Of a DNA stretch of 46,433 nt, positions 24,827-33,617 are shown piece after piece. The position numbers and the translations under genes were made by a program. Below the pieces are notes generated by a model. It was not told the origin of the DNA. It ran no database searches and saw only the letters and a list, made by a program, of their open reading frames with translations. The first letter of the stretch is position 1, and each line of letters begins with the position of its first letter. Source of the DNA: an uncultured Christensenella sp. (GTDB taxonomy: Bacteria > Bacillota > Clostridia > Christensenellales > CAG-138); the NCBI GenBank assembly GCA_964509485.1, contig CAZDXW010000006.1:1-46433 (forward strand), written 5' to 3'.

Positions 24827-25708
24827 TTAGCCCTTAACCGATCCGAGCGTAATGCCCTTGACGAAGTACTTCTGAAAGAACGGATACGCAATCAGCAGCG
24901 GAAGCACCGCAACGACGGCAATTGCCATTCGAACGCTGATGTTGGGCACGCTCTTTGCGTTAATCATGCCATTCATATGTGTCTGAAGGAACGCGGCCTT
25001 GTTCATCACGTCGTTGAGGTAGTTCTGAATGCCGTAGAAATCCGTCCGCGTAGTCAAAAAGTAGATACCGTTTGTCCAGTTGTTCCAGTAGGAGATCAGC
25101 GTCATCAGCGCGATGGTCGCGAGGATGGGCTTGCTCATGGGCAGCACGATCTTGAGCAGGCTCTGCACCTCGCCCGCGCCGTCAATTCGCGCCGCCTCCA
25201 GCACCTCTCCGGGAATGTTCGTGGTAAAGTACGTTCGCACAATGATCACGAAGAACGCGTTCATCAATAGATATGGCACAATCATGCCCGCGAGCGTGTC
25301 CTTAACGTTGATCAGGTTCGTATACACCATGTAGGTCGGCACAAGACCGCCGTTGAACAGCATCGTAAAGAACAGGAAAAACGAAATCACGCTGCGCCCC
25401 GGCAGGTCCTTATGCGACAGCGGGTACGCAAACAGTACCGTCAGCACGAGGTTACCCAACACGCCGATGCCCGCGATGACAACGCTCATCAGATACGCCC
25501 GGGCAATGGAGTCCTTCGCTTCCCAGAGGTAGTTGTACGCAGCAAAGCTGAACTGCTTCGGAATCAGCGAGTAGCCATGCTGAATCAGGTAGTCCTCGGA
25601 GGTCACCGATCCGACAAACAGCAGCCAGAACGGAATCACGCAGGCCGCAATCAACACGACCAGAAACGCGTTGACGAAGAAACTATAGACCTTACTATTG
25701 TTAATCAT
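24827..25708 (-). CDS. Carbohydrate ABC transporter permease (CUT1, LplC/YtcP-like)
   Basis: 293 aa with six hydrophobic segments. EAA loop EAARIDGAGEVQSLLKIVLPMSKP. Confidence 0.85.
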   Translation of the reverse strand: MINNSKVYSFFVNAFLVVLIAACVIPFWLLFVGSVTSEDYLIQHGYSLIPKQFSFAAYNYLWEAKDSIARAYLMSVVIAGIGVLGNLVLTVLFAYPLSHKDLPGRSVISFFLFFTMLFNGGLVPTYMVYTNLINVKDTLAGMIVPYLLMNAFFVIIVRTYFTTNIPGEVLEAARIDGAGEVQSLLKIVLPMSKPILATIALMTLISYWNNWTNGIYFLTTRTDFYGIQNYLNDVMNKAAFLQTHMNGMINAKSVPNISVRMAIAVVAVLPLLIAYPFFQKYFVKGITLGSVKG

Positions 25709-25723
25709 GCTTCCATTCCCCCT

Positions 25724-26707
25724 TTAAAACAGGGCGCTTTCCTTGTCCAGCTTGGTGACAAGCCAATTTGCGCCGAACACGAGTATGAATCCGAAGATGG
25801 ACTGCAAGAAGCCCGCGGCGGAGGAGCGTCCAACATCGTTGAGTTCCAACAGCGCACGATATACGAAGGTATCCACCGTCTGCGTCGTTGCATAGAGAAG
25901 TCCGCTGTGCTGCGGAATCAGGTAGAATAGACCAAAGTCCGAATAGCAGATTCGGCCGACCGCGAGGAGCACCAGCGTAATGATGGTCGGTTTAAGCCCC
26001 GGCATTGTGATGTGCAGAATCTGCTGCCATACGCTGGCGCCGTCCACAACCGCCGCTTCGTAATAGGTTTTGTCAATGCCGATGATGGTGGAATAATAGA
26101 GAATCGAACTGTAGCCAAACGACATCCAGAGGAACACAATGTTCAGAATCACCGGCCAGTATTTCGACTCGTTGTACCACTTAATCGGGTTTTCCACGCC
26201 GAACAGCGGCAGAATTGTGTTATTCATAAAGCCGTTGCTCGGATTCAGAAACGCCAGCGCAATGTAGCTGACGATAACGGTGGACAGCAGAAACGGAATC
26301 AGAAAGATCACCTGACTCGTCTGCTTGAAGAACTTGTTGCGCGCGCTGTCCAGCGCAATGGCAACGACGATTGCCAATATATTCCCAAAGAAAATGAACC
26401 CTAAATTATAGAGAACCGTGTTCCGCAGCGCCAGAAGAGCGTCGTTGTTGCTAAAGAGATATTTAAAGTTCTTTAGCCCGACCCAGGGACTCTGAAAGAT
26501 GCCAAGCGAGTAGTCGATCTTTTTAAACGCGATCACCAAGCCCGCCATTGGCAGATAATTGTTGATAATCAAATAGGCCGCGCCCGGCAGAATCATAAGA
26601 TACAGCGGCAGGAACCTTAGAAACTTTCGACGTCTTCTCATGCGCAGATACGCCTCGCCCGAAGGAGAGACCACCTGTTTATTCGACGTCTTTGTTCGTT
26701 TTTCCAT
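25724..26707 (-). CDS. Carbohydrate ABC transporter permease (CUT1, LplB/YteP-like)
   Basis: 327 aa. EAA loop YYEAAVVDGASVWQQILHITMPGLKP. RBS GGAGGA. No ATPase gene is adjacent; it is presumably supplied in trans (MsmX-type, inference). Confidence 0.85.
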   Translation of the reverse strand: MEKRTKTSNKQVVSPSGEAYLRMRRRRKFLRFLPLYLMILPGAAYLIINNYLPMAGLVIAFKKIDYSLGIFQSPWVGLKNFKYLFSNNDALLALRNTVLYNLGFIFFGNILAIVVAIALDSARNKFFKQTSQVIFLIPFLLSTVIVSYIALAFLNPSNGFMNNTILPLFGVENPIKWYNESKYWPVILNIVFLWMSFGYSSILYYSTIIGIDKTYYEAAVVDGASVWQQILHITMPGLKPTIITLVLLAVGRICYSDFGLFYLIPQHSGLLYATTQTVDTFVYRALLELNDVGRSSAAGFLQSIFGFILVFGANWLVTKLDKESALF

Positions 26708-26856
26708 TTGAGCATCCTCCGTGAAGGGCTGAAGTCAGATGTGCCATACTTACAGCTTCCTAAACAAATGGTAGCAAAAAGAAATGCCCCGAACTATCAA
26801 AATTCCGATGGGATTTGTTATTTTTCTGGAGCCGGACGCGAAACTTTCGACATATT

Positions 26857-26884
26857 TTGTTTCAAACGCCGTTTGCTATATAAT
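26857..26884 (+). promoter_or_regulatory. Candidate sigma-A promoter for the binding-protein gene, with a perfect 6-1-6 palindrome in the spacer
   Basis: TTGTTT (26857-26862), a 16-nt spacer, then TATAAT (26879-26884). The spacer contains CAAACG-C-CGTTTG (26863-26875). It sits in the divergent region between the permease start (26707) and the SBP start (27075). Confidence 0.35.
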
Positions 26885-27074
26885 TATGTAATGCTGCACT
26901 TATCGCCATAAGTGTTGTCGAACATAATCGGAATATGATCGGAAATGTGATAAAAAGAGCCAGAAAAGTGATGGCGGGCGAATTCTCCGCTTTGCTATGA
27001 TCACATTGTCAGAGGCGTTCTGCCTCATTTCGAACACATGTCATCCCGTTGAAAAATCAAAAGGAGAGAGAAAA

Positions 27075-28625
27075 ATGAAAAAGCACAGAGCCCTATTGGC
27101 GATCCTGGCAATGCTTCTGCTTGTCGGCATGCTCGGCGCTTGCGCTGCCCCCGCTGCACCCGCCGCAGCGACCGAAGCGCCCGCCGCCGAAGCAGCCACG
27201 ACGGACGCCGCCGCGACCGACGGAACGTATCCCGTCATCCGCATGGCGTACACGAGAATTTTTGCAACGGATTCCGAAGCAAAGATTGAAGCCGCGCTGA
27301 ACGAAATTCTGCGCAAAGAAGCCGGCGCCGAGATCGACCTCGTTCCGGTTGACTTCTCCAGCATGAACACGCAGTTCAACCTCATGCTCACGGGCGGCGA
27401 AGACTCGATCGACATCTTCTCGTCGTTCTGGTACATGCCGATGAGCACCCTGTATGCCAACGGTCAGCTCGCTCCGCTGAACGACCTGCTGGCGTCCGAC
27501 GGTCAGGGCATCCTCGACCTGTTCTCCGATGTACCCGGCGTGCTCGAGTGCGCCCAGATCGGCGGCCAGTATTACGGCCTGCCCTCCTACGGCCCGTATT
27601 CCTCCCCGATGATTTACATCGTGAAGGAAGGCTCCTCCAAGGCCGCAAACATCGACTGGTCCACGGTGAAAACGCTGGACGACGTCACCACCGCGCTGAT
27701 CGCGATGAAGGACGCCAATCCGGACAAGTACTATGTCCCCGGCGCAACGCAGACCTACTGGATTCCGAAGGACATCGACTACCTCGGAGACACCAACTTC
27801 CTCGGCGTTCTGACCGACCCGCTCAACAGCACGCAGGTGGTCAACTACTATGAGTCCGACTACTTCCTCAACCTGCTCGACAACGTCAAGACCTGGGTTG
27901 ACCACGGCATCATCAATCCGGACGCCATGAGCAACACGAACCCGACGCTGATGAGCGTTCAGTTCGGCATCACGGAAGGCACCCCCGGCTACTGCTGGAA
28001 CCTCGACGAGTGGATCTACGAAGCCAACCTCCAGCAGACCTACGGCGACAACATGGTCGGCACGCAGCTGGGCGACTCGCTGATCACCACCGGCAACGCG
28101 ACCACCTACCTCTGGCACATCACGAGCTTCTGCGAGAACAAGGAAGCCGCCATGCGCGTACTCAAGGTCTTCTACACGAACGCGGAAGCCGCCAACCTGC
28201 TCGGCAACGGCATTGAAGGCGAAAACTACGTCGTGGACGACAAGGGCTATGTCCGCTTCCCCGAAGGCAAGGACATGACGAACTGCGGTTGGACCGGTCT
28301 TGGCGCATCCTACAACCTGCCCAACTCCTCCGGCTGCCCGGTTTGGTACTATCAGCCCGACAATATGTGGCAGATGATGGCCGATTCCAACAAGGCCGCG
28401 AAGAACTCGCTGGCGCTCGGCTTCACCTTCGACAGCTCGCCGGTTGCGGACCAGATCACCGCTTGCAGCAACGTCATCGCGCAGTACTATCTGCCGCTGA
28501 TCAACGGCGAAGTCAACATTGACGAAGTGCTGCCGGTCTTCCAGCAGGCGCTGCGTGACGCCGGCATCGAACAGGTCATTGCCGAAAAGCAGACGCAGCT
28601 GGATGCTTGGCTGGCCGCGAAATAA
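27075..28625 (+). CDS. Extracellular solute-binding lipoprotein of a carbohydrate ABC transporter (LplA/YtcQ-like, ~516 aa)
   Basis: Start trimmed to ATG 27075 (AAGGAGAGAG RBS). Signal peptide plus lipobox MKKHRALLAILAMLLLVGMLGAC, then an Ala/Pro/Thr/Glu-rich linker. Size and composition match large family-1 SBPs. It is transcribed divergently from its permeases. Confidence 0.8.
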   Translation: MKKHRALLAILAMLLLVGMLGACAAPAAPAAATEAPAAEAATTDAAATDGTYPVIRMAYTRIFATDSEAKIEAALNEILRKEAGAEIDLVPVDFSSMNTQFNLMLTGGEDSIDIFSSFWYMPMSTLYANGQLAPLNDLLASDGQGILDLFSDVPGVLECAQIGGQYYGLPSYGPYSSPMIYIVKEGSSKAANIDWSTVKTLDDVTTALIAMKDANPDKYYVPGATQTYWIPKDIDYLGDTNFLGVLTDPLNSTQVVNYYESDYFLNLLDNVKTWVDHGIINPDAMSNTNPTLMSVQFGITEGTPGYCWNLDEWIYEANLQQTYGDNMVGTQLGDSLITTGNATTYLWHITSFCENKEAAMRVLKVFYTNAEAANLLGNGIEGENYVVDDKGYVRFPEGKDMTNCGWTGLGASYNLPNSSGCPVWYYQPDNMWQMMADSNKAAKNSLALGFTFDSSPVADQITACSNVIAQYYLPLINGEVNIDEVLPVFQQALRDAGIEQVIAEKQTQLDAWLAAK

Positions 28626-28646
28626 CAGGAAACTACTGGTTTGAAC

Positions 28647-28678
28647 AAAAACGAGGGCACCCTGTGCCCTCGTTTTTT
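28647..28678 (+). terminator. Rho-independent terminator directly after the SBP gene
   Basis: Perfect 10-bp stem acgagggcac (28651-28660) / gtgccctcgt (28664-28673) with a 3-nt loop, then a T-run through 28678. An A-run lies upstream. Confidence 0.8.
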
Positions 28679-28692
28679 GAAAGGTATTGTCT

Positions 28693-29883
28693 ATGGAACA
28701 AACAAACACGCCGCAGGAACCAACTAAGCTTTGGAATTCGTCGTATATTCTGGTACTCGTAATCAGCACGTTGAGCTCGTTTTCCTTCTTCATGGTAGCG
28801 ACGATTCTATCCAAATATCTGGTCGGCATCGGCACCACCATTGCGCTCGCTGGCATCATCGTCGGTCTGTTTTCCCTGACCTCGCTGTTCAGCCGTCCGT
28901 TTTGCGGGCTGATGGCGGACCGTCTCAACAACGTCCGTCTTCTGCTGGCAAGCAACGTGCTGATGGCGGTCGGGTTAATTGGCTTTGCGTTTACCAGGAA
29001 TATTCCTCTGATTTTCTTCTTCCGTATTTGCAGCGGCTTAGGGTTTGCCGTCGGCAGTACCGTTCAGGTTTCCCTGATCATCCGGTTCATCCCGAAGGAT
29101 CGCATGGGCGAAGGAATCGGTTATATGGGCATCAGTCAGCTCATCAGCACCGCGTGCGCGCCGGGTCTCGGCCTCGCGATTGCGGACGCGGCGGGCATGC
29201 AGGCCACCTTTCTGACCGCCGCCGCCCTGCCCGCGCTGACCTGCGTCTTTCTACTGTTTATCAAAAATCTAAGCCCCAAGGCTCCCCCGGCGGAACCGCA
29301 CAAGATTCAACTTCGCGACTTTTTTGAACCGAAGGCCCTGTTCTTTACGCTCCCCTACTCCACGCTCTCCTTTGTAAACGGCATTATCGCTTCCTACCTC
29401 GTGCTGTTTGCGGACGCGCAGGGAATCAAGGGCATCAGCATCTATTTCACCGTCTACGCCGTCTTTCTGTTTCTGGTTCGCCCCGTCGCGGGCAAGCTCA
29501 TGGACTCCAAGGGAATTCGCTATACGGTCTTTCCCGGCATGCTGCTCACCGCGATATCCATGTTTCTACTTGGGTTTAGCAGCACCATCTGGCTCGTGTT
29601 GCTCACCTGCCTGCTCCGCGCCATCGGGCAAGGCGCCGCCCAACCTTCTCTGCAGGCGGGCTGCATCAACTACGTCGGGCGCGAGCGCAGCGGCGTCGCC
29701 ACCAGCACCTATTTTCTCGGCGGCGACGTTGGGCAGGGCTTTGGGCCAATGGTTGCGGGCGCGATGCTCGCGCAGATTGCGGGCGTTCCCGGATACCGGT
29801 TTGTCTTTAGCTTTTGCGGCTGCCTGATTCTTTTGGCAATGGTCTACTTCTATTTTGCCGGTCGAAAGGAGAAGCTCCTATGA
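28693..29883 (+). CDS. MFS transporter
   Basis: 396 aa from ATG 28693 (the track ORF starts at TTG 28687). About 12 hydrophobic helices. MFS loop motif GLMADRLNNVRLLL between TM2 and TM3. Confidence 0.8.
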   Translation: MEQTNTPQEPTKLWNSSYILVLVISTLSSFSFFMVATILSKYLVGIGTTIALAGIIVGLFSLTSLFSRPFCGLMADRLNNVRLLLASNVLMAVGLIGFAFTRNIPLIFFFRICSGLGFAVGSTVQVSLIIRFIPKDRMGEGIGYMGISQLISTACAPGLGLAIADAAGMQATFLTAAALPALTCVFLLFIKNLSPKAPPAEPHKIQLRDFFEPKALFFTLPYSTLSFVNGIIASYLVLFADAQGIKGISIYFTVYAVFLFLVRPVAGKLMDSKGIRYTVFPGMLLTAISMFLLGFSSTIWLVLLTCLLRAIGQGAAQPSLQAGCINYVGRERSGVATSTYFLGGDVGQGFGPMVAGAMLAQIAGVPGYRFVFSFCGCLILLAMVYFYFAGRKEKLL

Positions 29884-31394
29884 CGAAGCACTCGTTTCCG
29901 CGCTGCGCGCCGGAGGAAATTGGCGTCTCCAGCCGTCAGGTCATGGCCTGCATCCGCGCGCTGGAGCATGACCAAACCACGATGAACGGCTTTGTCGCCG
30001 CGCGGCACGGCAAGGTGTTTGCCGAGTGCTGGTGGTCGCCCTACGAACCGGAATTGGTGCACTGCAACCATTCGCTCGGTAAGAGCTATACCGCAACGGC
30101 GATCGGCATCGCCATCCGCGAGGGTAAGCTCTCGCTGGACACGCGCCTCTGCGGCCTGTTTGCGGACGAGATTGCCGAACGCGGCATCGAACTATCCGAC
30201 AAAACGCGGCGCATCACAGTCCGTCATGCGCTGACCATGACCAACGGCATGGCGCACCATCCCGCGATGAGCGGGGACTGGATTGGCAACTATTTTCGCA
30301 CGCCAATGGCCTATGAGCCAGGCACGCGTTTTGCGTATAACTCCTCCGGCACATGCCTGCTCGGCGCGGCAGTATTGAAAGCCACCGGGCAGAACATGAA
30401 AAAATATCTGACGGATCGGCTGTTTCGTAAGATCGGCATCGATCCGGAGTCGTTCGTCTGGTTGACATTCCCGAATCAAATCGACGCCCAACCCGGCACA
30501 TTCGCAAAGACGGAAGATAATCTCCGCTTAGCGCAGCTCTACCTCAACGGTGGAAGCTGGAACGGGGAGCAGATACTCGATCCAGACTTTGTGAAAAATG
30601 CGCTCTCCGTGCAAATTGAAAACCCCTATGCGCCGGAGGAAAAGGACGGGCGCTGCGGCTATGGCTACCTGCTCTGGGCCTGCAGCATTCCCGGTGTGTT
30701 CCGTTTTGACGGCGGGCAGGGCCAGTTCGGCCTCATCTGGCCGGAGAAGGATCTCGTCGTCGCGGTGCACGAGGGCGCAATCACCCCGACCGGCCCGCAG
30801 AAAACGCTCGATACGCTCTACGAAACCCTGCTGTTGCAGCTTGCAGACGAGCCTCTTCCCGCCGCGCCGGAGGACTACGCCGCGCTGCAAGCGCTGCAAT
30901 CCTCGGTTCATCTCCCGTCCGACGAGCCAAACCGCCTGCCGCTGAACCGCGCGTTCGCCGGTTTATGGCGCGTGGACGAGGGCGTGTTCGACCCATGGAT
31001 GGCCGTTTCTCCGCCGGGCAGCGGGGACTTATTTGCCGCGTTTCGTTCTCCGGAGCGGAATGGTTCGATCTCCGCCTTTGGTTTGGACGTTACAGACGAC
31101 GCGCTGACGATTTCGCTCAGTACCGGCGCGGTTCTGCGTGCCGTCTGGGACGGCACGCTCACGCGGTATATCGTCGATACGCCGTTTCCCGGCCTAGGCG
31201 CATACGCCGCGACGGCGCGGTTCTCCGACGAACAACAGCTGAACGTCCGCATCCACTGGCTGAACGGCTGGTTCGAAACGGAGCTTACGCTGGAACTGCT
31301 GGACAATGCGCTGGCAATCGTAACGCGAAAGCTCCGCCTGAATCCGGCGGACAACTATCTGGTCGAGACTGCCTCGGCCGTTCGGGAGGCATAG
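29880..31394 (+). CDS. Beta-lactamase-fold serine hydrolase (esterase/amidase) with a C-terminal extra domain
   Basis: Start trimmed to ATG 29880 (AAGGAG RBS; ATGA overlap with the MFS stop). S-x-x-K in NHSLGKSYTATAIGIAIREGKLSLD, and FAYNSSGT downstream. No signal peptide. Confidence 0.8.
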   Translation: MTKHSFPRCAPEEIGVSSRQVMACIRALEHDQTTMNGFVAARHGKVFAECWWSPYEPELVHCNHSLGKSYTATAIGIAIREGKLSLDTRLCGLFADEIAERGIELSDKTRRITVRHALTMTNGMAHHPAMSGDWIGNYFRTPMAYEPGTRFAYNSSGTCLLGAAVLKATGQNMKKYLTDRLFRKIGIDPESFVWLTFPNQIDAQPGTFAKTEDNLRLAQLYLNGGSWNGEQILDPDFVKNALSVQIENPYAPEEKDGRCGYGYLLWACSIPGVFRFDGGQGQFGLIWPEKDLVVAVHEGAITPTGPQKTLDTLYETLLLQLADEPLPAAPEDYAALQALQSSVHLPSDEPNRLPLNRAFAGLWRVDEGVFDPWMAVSPPGSGDLFAAFRSPERNGSISAFGLDVTDDALTISLSTGAVLRAVWDGTLTRYIVDTPFPGLGAYAATARFSDEQQLNVRIHWLNGWFETELTLELLDNALAIVTRKLRLNPADNYLVETASAVREA

Positions 31395-31397
31395 CGC

Positions 31398-32504
31398 ATG
31401 ATGAAAGAATACGGTTGGAAGGAACTTTCGGGGTTGGTCTTTCCCCTCGGCCGCACGTATGTCAGTGAGCAACAGCAGGCGCTGTACTTTAACTGGAGCG
31501 CCAGCGGAATCACCTTTCAGTTTCACGGAACCGAGCTTACCGCGCGGTTCTGCGCGGAGTCTGGCGAAGAGGTCGAAGGCGTTCCTTGGGACGAGACCGC
31601 CCCCCGCCGCAAAACCTGGCCGTGGGTCGCCGTCTACTTGGACGACCAGCCGGAACCCGCGCGCATCTTTGAGGTGTCCGCGCCGGAGCAGGACTGGCTT
31701 TTGTTTCAGAGTGAGCAACCGGAGACGCACCGCATCCGCGTGCTCAAACGCACGGAGAACTACAAAACGTTTCTCGGCCTTCGTTCGCTGGCCGCGGAAG
31801 GCGAAATTCTTCCTCCGGTGCTTTCGCCCCGAAAGCGAATCGAATTCGTCGGGGATTCCATCACCTGCGGCTTCGGCAACGGCAGCAAGGAGCGCGATCG
31901 TGCTTTCTTCTCTGCGGAGGAGGACGGCCCACTCGCCTACGGGCCGCGCGCGGCAGAGCTACTGAACATGGAAGTCAGCTGCGTCTGCATCTCCGGCATC
32001 ACGGCGGTCAAGCACCAGAGCTGGCCGGTCGCGTTTGCCATGGACGAGCTTTACGCCTACACCGACCGTCCGCATCAGGAGAAATCCGGCTCAGGAAACG
32101 ATCTCTCCCGCTGGGATTTCGCCGCAAAGCAAAACGACTATGTCGTGCTCAACCTCGGCACGAACGACGCGTATGCAACGCTCTTTGGCGGGGACGGCGA
32201 GGAGGCCGCGTTCGACCGCGATTACCTCGTTTTTCTTAGGCATGTTCGCGCCTGCAACGGGCCGGACACGCAGATCATCTGCGCGCTTGGCAGCATGAAC
32301 TATTATCTCTGGCATAACATCGTTTGCGCGATGGAAATCTATCGCCAGCAGACCGGAGACGCGAAGATTCACCTCTACCGTTTCCGGCTGATGCACCCCA
32401 TGGACGGATTTGGCGCCGCGGGACACCCTTCCATGGCGACACACGAAAAGATGGCGCAGGAGATTGCGGACGTGATCCGTTCGCTGGAAACGAACGGCAA
32501 ATGA
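31398..32504 (+). CDS. CE2-like SGNH/GDSL acetyl esterase (N-terminal beta-sandwich plus SGNH domain)
   Basis: 368 aa. Block I IEFVGDSITCGFGN, block III VLNLGTNDA, and C-terminal GAAGHPSMATHEKMA (His). The ~140-aa N-terminal module precedes the SGNH domain, as in CE2 enzymes. Confidence 0.75.
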   Translation: MMKEYGWKELSGLVFPLGRTYVSEQQQALYFNWSASGITFQFHGTELTARFCAESGEEVEGVPWDETAPRRKTWPWVAVYLDDQPEPARIFEVSAPEQDWLLFQSEQPETHRIRVLKRTENYKTFLGLRSLAAEGEILPPVLSPRKRIEFVGDSITCGFGNGSKERDRAFFSAEEDGPLAYGPRAAELLNMEVSCVCISGITAVKHQSWPVAFAMDELYAYTDRPHQEKSGSGNDLSRWDFAAKQNDYVVLNLGTNDAYATLFGGDGEEAAFDRDYLVFLRHVRACNGPDTQIICALGSMNYYLWHNIVCAMEIYRQQTGDAKIHLYRFRLMHPMDGFGAAGHPSMATHEKMAQEIADVIRSLETNGK

Positions 32505-33532
32505 TAACGAGCAGTATGCAAAACGGCGTGGTACAGGTTGGCATTCTCGGCTGCGGGCGCATCGCGCGGACGCGGCATATTCCCGAACTCGTGGCGAACC
32601 CAAATGCGCGTCTGGCGGGTTTTTACAACCGCACGCTCGCCGTCGCTGAGGAACTGGCCTCCGGCCTTGGCGGACGGGCATATGCCACGCCCGAAGAGTT
32701 GCTCGCGGACCCGTATCTCGACGCGGTCTGCGTGCTCACGCCGAACAGTTCCCATGCGGAGCTCGCCATCTCCGCGCTCCGCGCGGGAAAGCACGTACTC
32801 TGCGAAAAGCCAATGGCGGTGTCGCCGGAGGAGTGCGAGCGGTTGGCGGAGGCGGAACACGCCTCTACGAATATCCTCATGATCGCGCAGAACCAGCGGT
32901 TCCACGCCGCGCACGTCAAAGCGCAGGAGTTGATCGCGAGCGGCACCATCGGCCGCGTTCTCACCGTCCAGGCCGCTTTTTCGCACGGCGGGCCGTCGAT
33001 GGACGCAAATTCCTGGTTCTTGAGCAAGTCGACCGGACGCCTCGGTGTTTTGGGCGATCTCGGCGTGCACAAAATCGACCTCATTCGGTTTTTAACCGGT
33101 CAGGAGATCGTCGCCATCAGCGCCGTGGTCGATACGCTCGACAAAAAGAGCAAGGACGGCGGACGCATCGAGCTGGACGACAACGCCGCCTGTCTCTTCC
33201 GCCTCAGCGGCGGCGCAATCGGCACCCTGACCGTTTCCTGGACGGCCTATGGCAAGCCGGACGTCTCGACCCGCATTTGCGGAACGCTGGGCACCATCGA
33301 ACTCATGCGAACCTTCGAAGAGCCGCTCGTGCTCTACCGTCCCGGAACCGAGCCGGAGCAGATTTCAGTCGAGTCAATTACCAACAGCGGAGTCGTCGAC
33401 GCGTTCATCGGTGCCATTGTCTCCGGCGCACCGTCCCCCGTCTCCGCTGCCTCCGTTCTACCAAGCATGCGGGCGCTCTTTGCCGCCTACGAGAGCGGGC
33501 GCACCGGCGGAAATATGATCCGACTGGATTAA
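32501..33532 (+). CDS. Gfo/Idh/MocA family NAD(P)-dependent oxidoreductase
   Basis: Start trimmed to ATG 32501 (ATGA overlap with the previous stop). Rossmann motif VGILGCGRIARTRHIPEL and the family signature GKHVLCEKPMA. Confidence 0.85.
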   Translation: MITSSMQNGVVQVGILGCGRIARTRHIPELVANPNARLAGFYNRTLAVAEELASGLGGRAYATPEELLADPYLDAVCVLTPNSSHAELAISALRAGKHVLCEKPMAVSPEECERLAEAEHASTNILMIAQNQRFHAAHVKAQELIASGTIGRVLTVQAAFSHGGPSMDANSWFLSKSTGRLGVLGDLGVHKIDLIRFLTGQEIVAISAVVDTLDKKSKDGGRIELDDNAACLFRLSGGAIGTLTVSWTAYGKPDVSTRICGTLGTIELMRTFEEPLVLYRPGTEPEQISVESITNSGVVDAFIGAIVSGAPSPVSAASVLPSMRALFAAYESGRTGGNMIRLD

Positions 33533-33555
33533 CCGTCAATCCTTATATACTTCAA

Positions 33556-33604
33556 CAAAAAACCGCGCGAGTCTGTCCGGAAACAGTCGCGCGGTTTCTT
33601 TTTA
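33556..33604. terminator. Bidirectional intrinsic terminator between convergent operons
   Basis: The stem pairs ccgcgcga (33563-33570) with tcgcgcgg (33587-33594), plus a 4-bp extension after a 2-nt bulge. It is flanked by an A-run (33557-33562) and a T-run (tttcttttt, 33595-33603). Confidence 0.65.
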
Positions 33605-33617
33605 TAGTTTTTATAAC

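Noticed and set aside
24546-24830. 94-aa plus-strand ORF in the 370-nt gap. A similar 67-aa ORF lies at 26708-26911 in the divergent promoter region.
   Set aside because: Both have TTG starts without an RBS and compositions typical of random translation. They lie in regions better explained as regulatory leaders.
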